Made by a program: the position numbers and the translations under genes
Shown here: in pieces, positions 28,087 to 37,329 of the stretch
Position numbering within the stretch: the first letter of the stretch is position 1
How the letters are laid out: the number at the start of each line of letters is the position of its first letter
IMG/VR virus record: IMGVR_UViG_3300036793_000060
Span: 13,090-77,089 of that record
Strand: one strand, 5' to 3'
Source: a virus
Taxonomy: Duplodnaviria; Caudoviricetes
Length of the DNA: 64,000 nucleotides
The notes under the pieces: model-generated
What the model saw: only the letters and a program-made list of their open reading frames with translations
Told to the model about the DNA's origin: nothing
The model's database searches: none

Positions 28087-28099
28087 GGCTCACCTCCTC

Positions 28100-28421
28100 T
28101 AACGCTGCTGCGGCTGGCTTGCGCCCCGTCGCCCTGTCCAGGTCTTCCTTCATCTTCGCAAGGTCGATGACGTCCACGCCAGCGTCCACGTTGCTGCGGA
28201 TCGTCGGTCCCTGCGGGGCCTTCTCCTCCTGGAGGGTGAACGGCACGTCCTCATCGGCCACCATCCCCTCGATGTACGTCTTCTGGATATCCCAGCTGAG
28301 GGTGTCCCACTCTGAGGCACTGATCTGCAGGTACTTGCGGACGACATACAGGATTACCCGACGGCTCAGCGCTTCCGGCTGCTCGCTGGCTGCGCTCCAC
28401 CGCCGGTCGCGGCTTCCGGGG
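28100..28421 (-). CDS. Tail assembly chaperone -1 frame extension (G-T type)
   Basis: The -1 frame reads GSRDRRW...VILYVVRKYLQ..EWDTLSW with no start codon of its own. Candidate shift site CCCGGAA near 28414-28421. The frame has an in-frame TTA at 28102-28100 and no nearby stop. Confidence 0.6.
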
Positions 28422-28785
28422 ACATCACCTGCTCCTGCAGCCAGACGTAGAAGATGTTCCGGTGTCGTGGCGGCAGCGCCAGGATCTGCTCCCTGCTCGG
28501 GAACCCGGAGCACAGGTCGGCCATTACCTCAGCCATCTTCTGGTTCATCGAGACCATCACCTCGACGTCCAGCTCGCCCATCGCGTCCATGATCGCCGCA
28601 GGGTCACTGGCGTCGATGTCCTGCGGGATCTGGTCGCGTACCTCCTTGGTCAGCGCCTTGTAGTCGTTGAGGAACTTGTTGATCTGGTCGTCATTCGGCT
28701 CCTTGATGGTGCCGTGCACGCTGACGAACGGCTCGAACGTGAAGTCGAGCGCATCGACGACCGATGCTGCGTTGAACTGCGGCAA
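28366..28785 (-). CDS. Tail assembly chaperone (G)
   Basis: Lies between the tail tube and tape measure genes; acidic; GTIKEP...LCSGFPS. Confidence 0.85.
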   Translation of the reverse strand: MPQFNAASVVDALDFTFEPFVSVHGTIKEPNDDQINKFLNDYKALTKEVRDQIPQDIDASDPAAIMDAMGELDVEVMVSMNQKMAEVMADLCSGFPSREQILALPPRHRNIFYVWLQEQVMSPEAATGGGAQPASSRKR

Positions 28786-28866
28786 TGTGACTCCTCGCGC
28801 CCGGTGCTGCCCGGTTGGAGCCGCCAGCCCCGCACCGGGCGGGCGGGACTGGCGGCGTTCTCGGCA

Positions 28867-29484
28867 CTACGAGGTGGCGACCGCCGTCAGGTCGGTCCAG
28901 GTGATGGCGTTGAAGGGGCAGATGACCGACAGCGTCAGCGGGTACAGGCGCTGCTGCGCCGCCCTGCGGAACGCGGTCTGGACCTGCCCGGCGCTGACCA
29001 TGACCGGGACGTACAGGACGCGGGCGAAGCCCAGCTGGTTCTTGCCGACCAGCGCGACGGACAGCGTCGAGAAGTTGGTCGACAAGGTCAGCACCTGCTT
29101 GCCGGGCTGGCCTGCCCCGGCCGCCGTGGTGGCGATCGAGCCGCCGTTGCCCCACGTGGTGTTGATGTTGACCAGCGTCTCCTCAGACAGGTTGCAGGTG
29201 ACCTGGAGGTCTGCCGTGGAGATCGCGACGCCGACGGGGGTCGGCTGCTCCTCGATCATGATGTTCTGCGTGGTCGGGTTGAAGGTGAGCGTGACGCCCG
29301 CCTCGGTCGACCCGACGTAGCTCCAGCCAAGGCCTAGCCAGGAGGACCCGATGCCCAGCGACGCGTCGCCGGGGACGGTGGCCCCGACGCCGGGCGAGGG
29401 GTTGGGCGCGGTGAACGCGATTGCCATGCCGTACAGCACGTTGAGGACGTTGTACGCAGGCGGGGTGTACGGCAGCGTTGGCAA
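28867..29484 (-). CDS. Major tail (tube) protein
   Basis: WSYVGSTEAGVTLTF, LSEETL; position before the chaperone. Confidence 0.85.
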   Translation of the reverse strand: MPTLPYTPPAYNVLNVLYGMAIAFTAPNPSPGVGATVPGDASLGIGSSWLGLGWSYVGSTEAGVTLTFNPTTQNIMIEEQPTPVGVAISTADLQVTCNLSEETLVNINTTWGNGGSIATTAAGAGQPGKQVLTLSTNFSTLSVALVGKNQLGFARVLYVPVMVSAGQVQTAFRRAAQQRLYPLTLSVICPFNAITWTDLTAVATS

Positions 29485-29488
29485 CTGC

Positions 29489-29821
29489 TCATCCTTCCTC
29501 GGTCAGCGTCACGCCAGCCTCGCTGGCGGACTGCATGAGGCCGGGCACCGCAGAGGCGGGTACCTCGGTGGGGTCCGTCCCGACGGTTACCCCGCCGTAG
29601 GTGAAGCTCTCGTGCGGCGGCTGGACGCTCAGCGTCACGGTGCCCGAGCGCAGGTGCGGGGGCAGCCCAGGCGGGTCCAGGGCGTCCGCCTGGGCGCGCA
29701 GCCTGGCTGCCTGGCTGGCAGGGTTCTCGGCCATCACAGCCGCGTCCTCGGCCGACACGGAGCCGTACGCGGGCAGCTCCGCGTCCGGGGGCGGCGTCGC
29801 GTCGTCTTCTGGTGTCGTCAT
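29489..29821 (-). CDS. Hypothetical virion-associated protein
   Basis: RBS GAGAGG; acidic. Confidence 0.65.
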   Translation of the reverse strand: MTTPEDDATPPPDAELPAYGSVSAEDAAVMAENPASQAARLRAQADALDPPGLPPHLRSGTVTLSVQPPHESFTYGGVTVGTDPTEVPASAVPGLMQSASEAGVTLTEEG

Positions 29822-29834
29822 GCCTGTGATCCTC

Positions 29835-30305
29835 TCACGCCTGGATGACCTGGTACGCGCGCACGGCCAGCGTGGTGGTGGTCGTGAAGTCGACGCACAC
29901 GGACCCCTGCGCGGCAGCGGCCACGGCGCCGCCGACCGGCGACCCGAAGTTCGCATTGACGTTCGAGATGTTGTACGTGTTCATGTTCCACGGCCCCAGC
30001 CAGCCGCTGGAGCTGGCGGTGATCGTGAACTGCTGCGTGGTGTGCGGGAGAACCTGGCCTGTCGTGCCGACTGTCTGCCCGATCAGCACCTCGGAGATCC
30101 CGCCGGCCGTCGCGCCGCACCAGTAGACGAGGATGATCAGCCCGTTGTTGGGGATCATCACGCCGTTGTTGCTGCCCCAGGCGGTGAACGTCCCGCCTGG
30201 GCTGCCTGTGTCGTACCCCGGAGTGGCCGGCGGCAGGGCGGGGAACGCGGTTCCCCCGGCTCCCGCGTTGAAGCTGACCGGGCTTATCGCAACTCTTCCC
30301 GCCAT
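29835..30305 (-). CDS. Virion structural protein
   Basis: RBS GGAG; Gly/Thr-rich. Confidence 0.7.
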   Translation of the reverse strand: MAGRVAISPVSFNAGAGGTAFPALPPATPGYDTGSPGGTFTAWGSNNGVMIPNNGLIILVYWCGATAGGISEVLIGQTVGTTGQVLPHTTQQFTITASSSGWLGPWNMNTYNISNVNANFGSPVGGAVAAAAQGSVCVDFTTTTTLAVRAYQVIQA

Positions 30306-30309
30306 GTTC

Positions 30310-30741
30310 TCAGGCTCCTGTCTGACTGGTGAGCAGGTACGTGCACGTGTACTCGAACCTGCGGTCAGCCGGGTCGAGAGGGAGCGGGGCCGGTGGTGCA
30401 CCACTGCGCGTCGCCAACTGGATGCTAACGCCATCGACCGTGATCGGGTAGCTCGCCGTGAGGATCAGCCAGTCCAGCTGCTGCATCGCCAGCTCCGGGG
30501 CGAGCGTGTCATCGGACGGGCCGCGCAGCCTCACCTGGAATCCCCAGCTGTCCAGGCCGGCCTCCTCGGTGACGTAGCCGGGGCCAGTGGTGGGCGTCAG
30601 GAACACCGCCTGGTCGGGTGACGCGAGGATCTCCGGCCCTGGGTACAGCGGGTAGCCGCTCTCCTGGGTGACGTTCCACCCGAGCGCGGTGATGAAGTCG
30701 GCCAGCAGCTGCGTCTTGGCCACGGTGGGCAGCGGCATCAC
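30310..30741 (-). CDS. Tail terminator-like protein
   Basis: GFQVRLRGP...RRFEYTCTY pattern and position. Confidence 0.7.
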   Translation of the reverse strand: MMPLPTVAKTQLLADFITALGWNVTQESGYPLYPGPEILASPDQAVFLTPTTGPGYVTEEAGLDSWGFQVRLRGPSDDTLAPELAMQQLDWLILTASYPITVDGVSIQLATRSGAPPAPLPLDPADRRFEYTCTYLLTSQTGA

Positions 30742-31289
30742 AGCCTCCCGCGCGGCGGGTGCGGCTCGTTCTTGCCTGGGATGACCATGATCTTGCCGTG
30801 CCTGAAGAAGTAGACGGTCAGCCCGGCCGCCAGCCTCGCGCGCATGATCGCACGGCTCTTGGCCCGCAGCTCCTGCTTAGTGAGCCGCTGGACCTTAGGC
30901 TCGCGGTCGCGGGTGACCCGGCCGCTGTCAGCCTCTCCGCTGCCGCCCGTCAGCAGGCGGGGGTGGCCTGACTTGTGCAGGTCACCCCACTCGCGCGGCG
31001 CGTGGATCTCCACCTGGTCGCTCAGGTGCTCCGCGCTGCGCCACAGCGCGTCCTCGCCGCCGTCCCGCAGGACTTCCCGCGCGTACGCGCGCAGGTAGTC
31101 GGCGTAGTTCTCGTGCAGCGGCCCCTCCAGGTACTTGGCCCGGCCGCCGCGCGGGTGGTGCAGGTCCAGGCGCTCGTGCTGGTAGTGGGCGTACGCCTGG
31201 TCGACGACGACGGACGCGGTAATCCGGCCCTCGCGGCTGTGCACGAGGTCGCGCAGCTCGCTGATCCTGTCGGAGAACGTCGTCGCCAC
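30738..31289 (-). CDS. Head-tail/tail completion protein (HK97 gp10-like)
   Basis: YAHYQHE...AKYLEGP pattern. Confidence 0.65.
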   Translation of the reverse strand: MATTFSDRISELRDLVHSREGRITASVVVDQAYAHYQHERLDLHHPRGGRAKYLEGPLHENYADYLRAYAREVLRDGGEDALWRSAEHLSDQVEIHAPREWGDLHKSGHPRLLTGGSGEADSGRVTRDREPKVQRLTKQELRAKSRAIMRARLAAGLTVYFFRHGKIMVIPGKNEPHPPRGRL

Positions 31290-31293
31290 GCGG

Positions 31294-31833
31294 TCACCCC
31301 TGGTAGATGGCACCGCCGGACAGCGAGTCGTCGCCGCGCGGGGTCCACATGCCGTAGGGGGTGTCGGAGGTCAGGTAGCCGGTGAACTGGTCGATCCGCG
31401 TGTTGGAGTCATTGCCGTTGAAGATCGGCGGGATGCGGTTGATGACCGTCCCCGTCTCGGAGTTGATCCCGCCGGCCGCCGCCGGGTCGAGCCTGATCTT
31501 GCCGTCGCGCACGTCGTTGAGCAGCGTCATGGCGTCCTTGTACGCCAGGTAGACCGGGTGGGTGGCCGGGAACTCCTTGTTCTTCAGGTAGATCCTGGTC
31601 GCGTAGAACGCCGCCAGGTCAAGGGTGAGCGGCTGGAAGACGTCCGGCGGCACGGCCTGCGGCACGGAGCTGTCCATGATCGAGCCGAAGTAGACAGACA
31701 CGCGGGTGCTGGCTGCGGTCAGCGCCTGCGTGAGCTGCTGGTCGGTGAGCTTGGCCGCCGTGCCTTGTCCGTCGTCGGTGCTCTGCACCCAGCTCCGCAG
31801 GTCAGCGATGCTCGCGTAGAGAGTTACCGTCAC
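31294..31833 (-). CDS. Head-tail adaptor (Mu gp36/DUF1320-like)
   Basis: YASIADL...LAAFYA...YKDAMTLLNDVRDGKIRL. Confidence 0.8.
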   Translation of the reverse strand: MTVTLYASIADLRSWVQSTDDGQGTAAKLTDQQLTQALTAASTRVSVYFGSIMDSSVPQAVPPDVFQPLTLDLAAFYATRIYLKNKEFPATHPVYLAYKDAMTLLNDVRDGKIRLDPAAAGGINSETGTVINRIPPIFNGNDSNTRIDQFTGYLTSDTPYGMWTPRGDDSLSGGAIYQG

Positions 31834-32015
31834 GGAACCGCCCCCGCCAGCACCCAGGAGGCGAAGCCCCCGAAGCCGAAGGCCCAGGCCGACAGGCCGG
31901 TCAGGACCCCGCCGGCCGCGAGGGCGGCGATGACGAACAGGAAGCAGGCCACGAACAGCAGGACCCGGCTGAAGGTGATGGCGTATGCGCTCGCCACGGG
32001 CTGGACTGGTGTCAT
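31830..32015 (-). CDS. Small two-TM membrane protein inside the head genes
   Basis: Hydrophobic segments; GTGA overlap. Confidence 0.65.
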   Translation of the reverse strand: MTPVQPVASAYAITFSRVLLFVACFLFVIAALAAGGVLTGLSAWAFGFGGFASWVLAGAVP

Positions 32016-32036
32016 GGTCTCACCTACTTCCCCGGA

Positions 32037-32306
32037 TTACTGCGGGTAGGCGTACGGCATCCCGCTGGTGCCCGTCGGCCCGTTGATGCCCGTGTTCTCC
32101 ATGAACGCCCCGACCGACGCGCCGCCGCTGTCGTACTTCTGCTGCGTGGTCAGCCCGGTGATGTACCCGGTGAGCGCCGTCGCCAGCGCCGACCCCACCG
32201 GGACGTCGATAAGGGTGCCACGCTGGATGAAGTTGTTTGGCACGCCATCGTAGGTGAACGTGCCCGCCTGAATGTCCTTGGTGACTACCTGTCCGTTAGC
32301 TGCCAT
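32037..32306 (-). CDS. Small putative head-decoration protein
   Basis: RBS GGAG; RGTLIDVPVGSAL motif shared with neighbours. Confidence 0.6.
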   Translation of the reverse strand: MAANGQVVTKDIQAGTFTYDGVPNNFIQRGTLIDVPVGSALATALTGYITGLTTQQKYDSGGASVGAFMENTGINGPTGTSGMPYAYPQ

Positions 32307-32311
32307 GTCTC

Positions 32312-32521
32312 CTAGTCTCCCAGGTCTGCGTGATCCGCGCTCGCCGCGTCCCCTGCCTGGCTGCCTGCCAGAGGCATCAGGTTGGCCGCCCCTCCGTAGG
32401 CCGTGTACAGCGCAGAGCCGGGCACCAGGCTCACGACCGTCCTGGCCACGACGAACATGACCTCCCCGCCCCAGGTGACGTCTGTGTCGGCCTGGACGAC
32501 GTAGGGCTGGGAGGCGGCCAC
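32312..32521 (-). CDS. Small putative head-decoration protein
   Basis: RTVVSLVPGSALY motif shared with neighbours. Confidence 0.6.
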   Translation of the reverse strand: MAASQPYVVQADTDVTWGGEVMFVVARTVVSLVPGSALYTAYGGAANLMPLAGSQAGDAASADHADLGD

Positions 32522-32524
32522 CGG

Positions 32525-33130
32525 CTAGTTCGACGCCCCGGTGGCCAGTCCCGTCTGGCCGGCCTGCGCGTGCTGGGCGTACGGGAGCACGGTGAGCGGG
32601 CTGTACCCGGCGGCCTCGGCCAGCGTGTTCATGCCGGGGTAGTAGCCGGGCGTGTAGCCCTCGTCGAGGGGGTTCGTCCAGGCCCAGGTGGGCGCGGCGC
32701 TGTAGATCAGCTCGATGGAGCAGCCGGGCGGGACGGGCACGCTGTTCGGCGACGACAGGGTACCTGCCAGCCCGGCCACGATCGGCGTCCATGTCCAGGT
32801 GGGCGCGACGCTGTACGTGATGGCGATGGTGCCGCCGGCCGGGACGACCGCTGTCACGCCTGTCGCGGTGAACTGGCTGGACCCGTTGACTGTCACAGCC
32901 GTGACAGTGCCGCCGGTCACGGCCACGGCCACCGGGTACTGGCTGGTGTTGGTTGCCGGGACAGTGGTGGCAGGCACCGCAGGGGTCGCCTGCACCGGGA
33001 CCGGGTTGGTGCCGAACAGGGTCAGGATCCCCGTCACGGTGCCGCCGGTCACGGTGACGCTGACGTTCTGCCCGGTCTGGTTCGCCTGAGCGACCGTGGT
33101 AGCCGGGACGCTGGGCGTGGGTACGGCCAT
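32525..33130 (-). CDS. Virion protein with an internal duplication (V.VTGGTVT; YS.APTW.W)
   Basis: RBS GGAGG; two-fold internal repeat. Confidence 0.7.
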   Translation of the reverse strand: MAVPTPSVPATTVAQANQTGQNVSVTVTGGTVTGILTLFGTNPVPVQATPAVPATTVPATNTSQYPVAVAVTGGTVTAVTVNGSSQFTATGVTAVVPAGGTIAITYSVAPTWTWTPIVAGLAGTLSSPNSVPVPPGCSIELIYSAAPTWAWTNPLDEGYTPGYYPGMNTLAEAAGYSPLTVLPYAQHAQAGQTGLATGASN

Positions 33131-33139
33131 CGGAGCCTC

Positions 33140-33436
33140 CTAGTTGCTCAGGGCCGCGCGGCCCACCGAGTCGTTCAGGGTGGCCGCGCGGATGACGCCG
33201 GCCGTGTTCAGCGCTGAGTACAGTGCGCTGGGGGTTCCTGAGTCGAGCATGATCGACATGCCCTTCTGCAGAGAGACGGGGAACGCGCTCTCAACCTGCC
33301 CGGTGGCTAGCGCAGCGTTGCCGTAGCCTGCTGCGCCGCCGGTAGCCACCTCGCCTGCCACGGGTGCAGCTGCTGTGCCCGGAGTGATCGTGTACGCCTG
33401 GGTCATCACAAAGACGTTCAGTGAGATCGCGCCCAT
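33140..33436 (-). CDS. Small putative decoration protein
   Basis: RBS GGAGGG; KGMSIMLDSGTPSALY motif. Confidence 0.65.
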   Translation of the reverse strand: MGAISLNVFVMTQAYTITPGTAAAPVAGEVATGGAAGYGNAALATGQVESAFPVSLQKGMSIMLDSGTPSALYSALNTAGVIRAATLNDSVGRAALSN

Positions 33437-33446
33437 GTGCCCTCCA

Positions 33447-33869
33447 TCAGTACGGGGTCTGCAGGATCGACTCTACGGACGCGAAGGTCGGCGCCGCCAC
33501 CGCGACGGTGACGGCCTTGCCGCTGGCGTGGCTGTTGTCCAGGCCGGAGATCGGGACGCTGGTACCAGTCGCGGTGCCGTTGACAACGACGATCTCGCTC
33601 AGTGCGGCGTCGTTGATGAACAGGACTGACCCGATCAGGGAGAACTGGGTGCCGCCGCTGGCGAACGACAGGGCGGTGCTCGTGCCCGCCGTCAGCGCGC
33701 CGCTGGTGCTCAGCGGGTTGCTGCCGGCCCCGAACGTCAGCTGGTACTCACAGCCGCCGCACCGGTACGAAAGGGGCGTGATCGACTCGAACACGCGGTT
33801 GGACGTCCGGCATCGCGGGCACGTCGCAGTGACCCTCGTAGGCGTGATCGTGCCCGCGATCCACGGCAT
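33447..33869 (-). CDS. Zn-ribbon (CPRC...CGGC) plus beta-rich protein
   Basis: Two CxxC pairs. Confidence 0.7.
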   Translation of the reverse strand: MPWIAGTITPTRVTATCPRCRTSNRVFESITPLSYRCGGCEYQLTFGAGSNPLSTSGALTAGTSTALSFASGGTQFSLIGSVLFINDAALSEIVVVNGTATGTSVPISGLDNSHASGKAVTVAVAAPTFASVESILQTPY

Positions 33870-33877
33870 CTCGGCTC

Positions 33878-34480
33878 CTAGTTCTTGCCTGGCGGCATCG
33901 GCGGCATCTGCGCCCTGGCGCGGTCAACCAGCTCCTGGTCGACCCCGGCGACCGCCTCCCGAGCGGCTGAGCGCGTGGGGGGCAGGTCGATGGCGTCGGC
34001 CTGCGGCACCTGCTCGGTGCCGGGCGCGGCGGGCGTCGCCTCGGGGATGGCGACCTGCTGCACGAAGCTGGATCCGGCGGGGTCGGCTCGCGCGTGCACG
34101 GGCGGCCCGAACTGCCTGCCCGACACGAGCCGTGGCAGCAGGAAAGGCTGCTCGGCCTTGCTCTCCGGCCCGTTCACCTTCTGGATGACGGGGATCTGCC
34201 TGCCGTCCCTGTCCGGGTCGGCGCGCATGAACAGCCGCGCCTCCTCGTCGGTCAGCCAGACAGTCTCCCCCCGGCGCACCAGGTCGACCTGCCGGTCCTT
34301 GGCGTCCACCAGCGAGTTGGTGCGCCGTGGCACTGACAGGTTGATCAGCGCGACGTACTCCTCGCCGATCCTGATGGCGGGCGCGTGCGGAGACTGCAGC
34401 AGCGACGCGCGGGTCAGCAGCTCGGTGAGGGTGCGCTGCTCAGCGGCGGTCAGCGGCTTGGTGGCCGTACCGTTCGGCAT
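33878..34480 (-). CDS. Hypothetical protein following the capsid gene
   Basis: ATG/TGA overlap at 34480; coding bias. Confidence 0.7.
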   Translation of the reverse strand: MPNGTATKPLTAAEQRTLTELLTRASLLQSPHAPAIRIGEEYVALINLSVPRRTNSLVDAKDRQVDLVRRGETVWLTDEEARLFMRADPDRDGRQIPVIQKVNGPESKAEQPFLLPRLVSGRQFGPPVHARADPAGSSFVQQVAIPEATPAAPGTEQVPQADAIDLPPTRSAAREAVAGVDQELVDRARAQMPPMPPGKN

Positions 34481-34707
34481 CAGGGCGCCGTCCTGTAGTC
34501 GTGGTCGCCCGGCCGCAGGGAGACCGGGGTCTCCTCGCTGTCGCGCACCAGCTCCTTGGACGCGCCCGTGGTGATGGACGCCCGGTGCACTGAGTGCCCG
34601 GCGTGAAGGAGCTTGTCCACGAACTCCTTCAGCTGCACGTCGGCGTCCCTCGGATCCCCGTTGTCGTGGACCCCGTGGCCGCTGACGTGCATGGTCCAGT
34701 TGCCCAT
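34480..34707 (-). CDS. Hypothetical 75-aa protein
   Basis: Abuts the capsid stop; coding bias. Confidence 0.7.
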   Translation of the reverse strand: MGNWTMHVSGHGVHDNGDPRDADVQLKEFVDKLLHAGHSVHRASITTGASKELVRDSEETPVSLRPGDHDYRTAP

Positions 34708-34710
34708 GCC

Positions 34711-35622
34711 TCACACTCCAGACAGCAGGCACATCGCCAGCGGCTGGTCAAGGCCGATGGCAGCTGCCCGCTGGGTGTCGGAGCGCCAGGTCTTGCGCGG
34801 CTCGTCGCGGTAGAGAGGCCCGGCCAGGAAGGGCAGCTCGTCCGCGTAGAAGCCAGCGCGCTGGCGCTGCATGACGATGGCGTTGCCGACGGGGACCTGG
34901 CGGGACACCAGGACGTCCAGGTTGAAGATCTTCTGCGGGAGGACGCCCGTGTACTGCAGGTTCTCGCTGGCGATGTCGCCGATGTAGGGCGCCGCGAACG
35001 TGCTCGACTGGAGCAGCGTGTTCTTGGTGCCGTGGTTGATGATGAGCGTGTCCGCCTCGAAGCCGAGCCACTGGGTGACCCCGTTCGGCGAGACGATGTT
35101 GGCGTTCTCCACCAGGTAGCAGGCCTGCGCGAGGTCCGCTCGGGTGGTCGCTGACGCGGTGCTCCAGGCGTTCGCCACGGCGAGCGTCTGGATCGAGGCG
35201 TTGGCGACGGTGGCCGAGTAGAACGCGGTGTTCCAGCTGTAGACCATCGTGTTCTTGACCTGCAGCAGCTGGCGTGTCACCGGGTCGATGGCCTGCCTGC
35301 GGCGCATCTCGTCGGAGACGGTGATCGCCATCGCCCGCTCGTGGCTGAAGACCACGCGGGGCGTGCCGATCGAGGTCGGCATGACCGGGACCTCGCCGAA
35401 CTCTGCCCTGATCTCGGGGAAGTCGTCCGCGTACAGCGGGGTGGACTCCGAGTACCTGACAGCGCCGCTTGGTGCCGCGCCTCCCATGCGGAGCACGGAG
35501 TCCATGATGAACTCGTTCTCCGTGATGTCCAAGATGAGCGCGGGAATGACCAGGGGGTCCTTCAGCAGCTCATTGACGGTTACTCTCGGAGCGTCCGAGT
35601 AGCCCCTAGCGCCCGTAGGCAT
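34711..35622 (-). CDS. Major capsid protein (HK97 fold, gpE-like family)
   Basis: EIRAEFGEVPV, ITVSDEMRRR, follows the protease and decoration genes; RBS GAGAGGGAG. Confidence 0.9.
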   Translation of the reverse strand: MPTGARGYSDAPRVTVNELLKDPLVIPALILDITENEFIMDSVLRMGGAAPSGAVRYSESTPLYADDFPEIRAEFGEVPVMPTSIGTPRVVFSHERAMAITVSDEMRRRQAIDPVTRQLLQVKNTMVYSWNTAFYSATVANASIQTLAVANAWSTASATTRADLAQACYLVENANIVSPNGVTQWLGFEADTLIINHGTKNTLLQSSTFAAPYIGDIASENLQYTGVLPQKIFNLDVLVSRQVPVGNAIVMQRQRAGFYADELPFLAGPLYRDEPRKTWRSDTQRAAAIGLDQPLAMCLLSGV

Positions 35623-35641
35623 GGTTCACTCCCTCTCTTGC

Positions 35642-36148
35642 CTAGAAGATCCGCGCACGGCCGAGGAAGTAAGACGCGCTTCCCTGCCCGCCGATCTGCT
35701 GCGTGAGCATCCCGGCCGCGACGCCTCCGGGGTGGGTGCACATCCCGACGACCTGGTCAGCAGCCGGGCCTGCGCCCGACGTGATGACGGTGCCGTTGTT
35801 GCCGCCGCCGATCTTGATCTTGGTGCCCTCGATGACGGCGCCCGCGTACCACACCCAGATGTCCACGTCACCGTAGTACACCGGGATGTAGTCCTGCAGC
35901 ACGGAGATGTCGATCGCCGGCTGGCCGTAGGCGTTGGCTGCCGCCGTCTGCGAGGAGACGACGTTGCCGTCTGCCCCCGCGACGCCGAGCACGTTCACGC
36001 TGGCCGACAGGGCGAGGGTGACCGTCAGGTCGGTGGTGCCCGCCGTCAGCGTGTTGGGCTGAACCAGCTGGCCGCCGTAGATCAGCGTGGCCACCTGCTT
36101 GTTCATCGGGCCGCAGCCCGACTTGTAGTGCGGAATGACCGCCGACAT
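35642..36148 (-). CDS. Capsid decoration/cement protein (DUF2190-like)
   Basis: VLGVAGAD pattern; lies between scaffold and capsid genes. Confidence 0.7.
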   Translation of the reverse strand: MSAVIPHYKSGCGPMNKQVATLIYGGQLVQPNTLTAGTTDLTVTLALSASVNVLGVAGADGNVVSSQTAAANAYGQPAIDISVLQDYIPVYYGDVDIWVWYAGAVIEGTKIKIGGGNNGTVITSGAGPAADQVVGMCTHPGGVAAGMLTQQIGGQGSASYFLGRARIF

Positions 36149-36171
36149 GTGTCAGTCTTCCCTTCCCCGGC

Positions 36172-37329
36172 CTACAGGCCGACCTGTGTGCGGTACCTCG
36201 ACTTCAGCTCACTGCGAGCCTGCTCGGCGGTAGCCGTGTTGTCCGGCTCGTCCATCGGCGTGCCAAGCTCAGGACCCAGGTCCAGCAGCCGGGCAGCGTT
36301 GGAGTACTCCGTCAGCACCCGACGCATCACCAGGCCCGCGTCCACGCCCTGCCCGCCGGCCAGCTCGACGACGTGCCCCGTGCCCTCCAGCAGCGGCCGG
36401 GCCATGTCCACGATGTACGGGGGCACCCCGGCGTCGGCGAGCTTCCTGGCCTCCAGCTTGAACGCGTCCTGATCCATCTTGCGCTGCACGATTCCCAGCT
36501 GCCTCTGCGTCTCCGCCAGCTCGATGGCGGCGGGATCCCAGCCGCCGGACAGCTGCGCGGGCTGCCTCTGCTCGGCCTCGAACTCCTCCTGCATCGCCTG
36601 CAGCGACTCATCGTCGACCTGGGCGATGACCTCCGCCAGCTCCTCATCGGTGAGCAGCCTGTCATCACCGTCCCCGGCGTCGCCCGTGACGTTGTTCATC
36701 AGCGCCTCGAACGCCGAGTCGTCCAAGTCGAGCAGCCTGTCCAGCCGCGCCTGCTGCCTGGCGTCCAGTCCTGGCACTGTCTCATTCCCTTCCGAGGAGC
36801 TGTAGGTAGAAGCGGAGAGGTCGAGCACCTGCTCGACGGTGGTGTTCGACATCTCGACCGCTTCCCACGGCCCCAGGTCGGGGATGCGCGGGTCAAGCGT
36901 GCCGAGCACGTGCTGGATGGCGGCCGGGTAGCTCTTGCCGTCGCTGCGCGCGTAGTTCTCCACGATCCGCGCGGACACGCCGAGCCTGGGGTTCTCCTTC
37001 AGCAGCCGCTCGCCGCTGGGCGTGGGAACCATGCCGATGTACAGCCCGTCGTCGCGCACGTCGAAGTCGATGACCTCGCCCCGGAACCGCTCGGGGTCGT
37101 TGGTGTGCGTGTTCTTGGCGTCCGCGATCTGGAAGGGCACCTGGTCGTACGCCCTGTCGGCGAAGGACTTGGCGAGGTCTTGCAGGTAGTCACGGGTGAA
37201 CTTCAGCGTGCGGCCCATGTACTCGACGTCGTCAATGGGCAGCACCCGCTTCCACCAGACCCGCCCGCTGCCATGGACGGCGGGCTTCTGGCTGTCGAAC
37301 GGGGTGAGGACGGCTACCTGGGGCTTCAC
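36172..37329 (-). CDS. Mu gpI-type prohead protease/scaffold
   Basis: NTH...RGEV...DGLY...LGVSARI...HVLGTLDPRIPDLGPW, followed by an acidic coiled scaffold region. Confidence 0.85.
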   Translation of the reverse strand: MKPQVAVLTPFDSQKPAVHGSGRVWWKRVLPIDDVEYMGRTLKFTRDYLQDLAKSFADRAYDQVPFQIADAKNTHTNDPERFRGEVIDFDVRDDGLYIGMVPTPSGERLLKENPRLGVSARIVENYARSDGKSYPAAIQHVLGTLDPRIPDLGPWEAVEMSNTTVEQVLDLSASTYSSSEGNETVPGLDARQQARLDRLLDLDDSAFEALMNNVTGDAGDGDDRLLTDEELAEVIAQVDDESLQAMQEEFEAEQRQPAQLSGGWDPAAIELAETQRQLGIVQRKMDQDAFKLEARKLADAGVPPYIVDMARPLLEGTGHVVELAGGQGVDAGLVMRRVLTEYSNAARLLDLGPELGTPMDEPDNTATAEQARSELKSRYRTQVGL

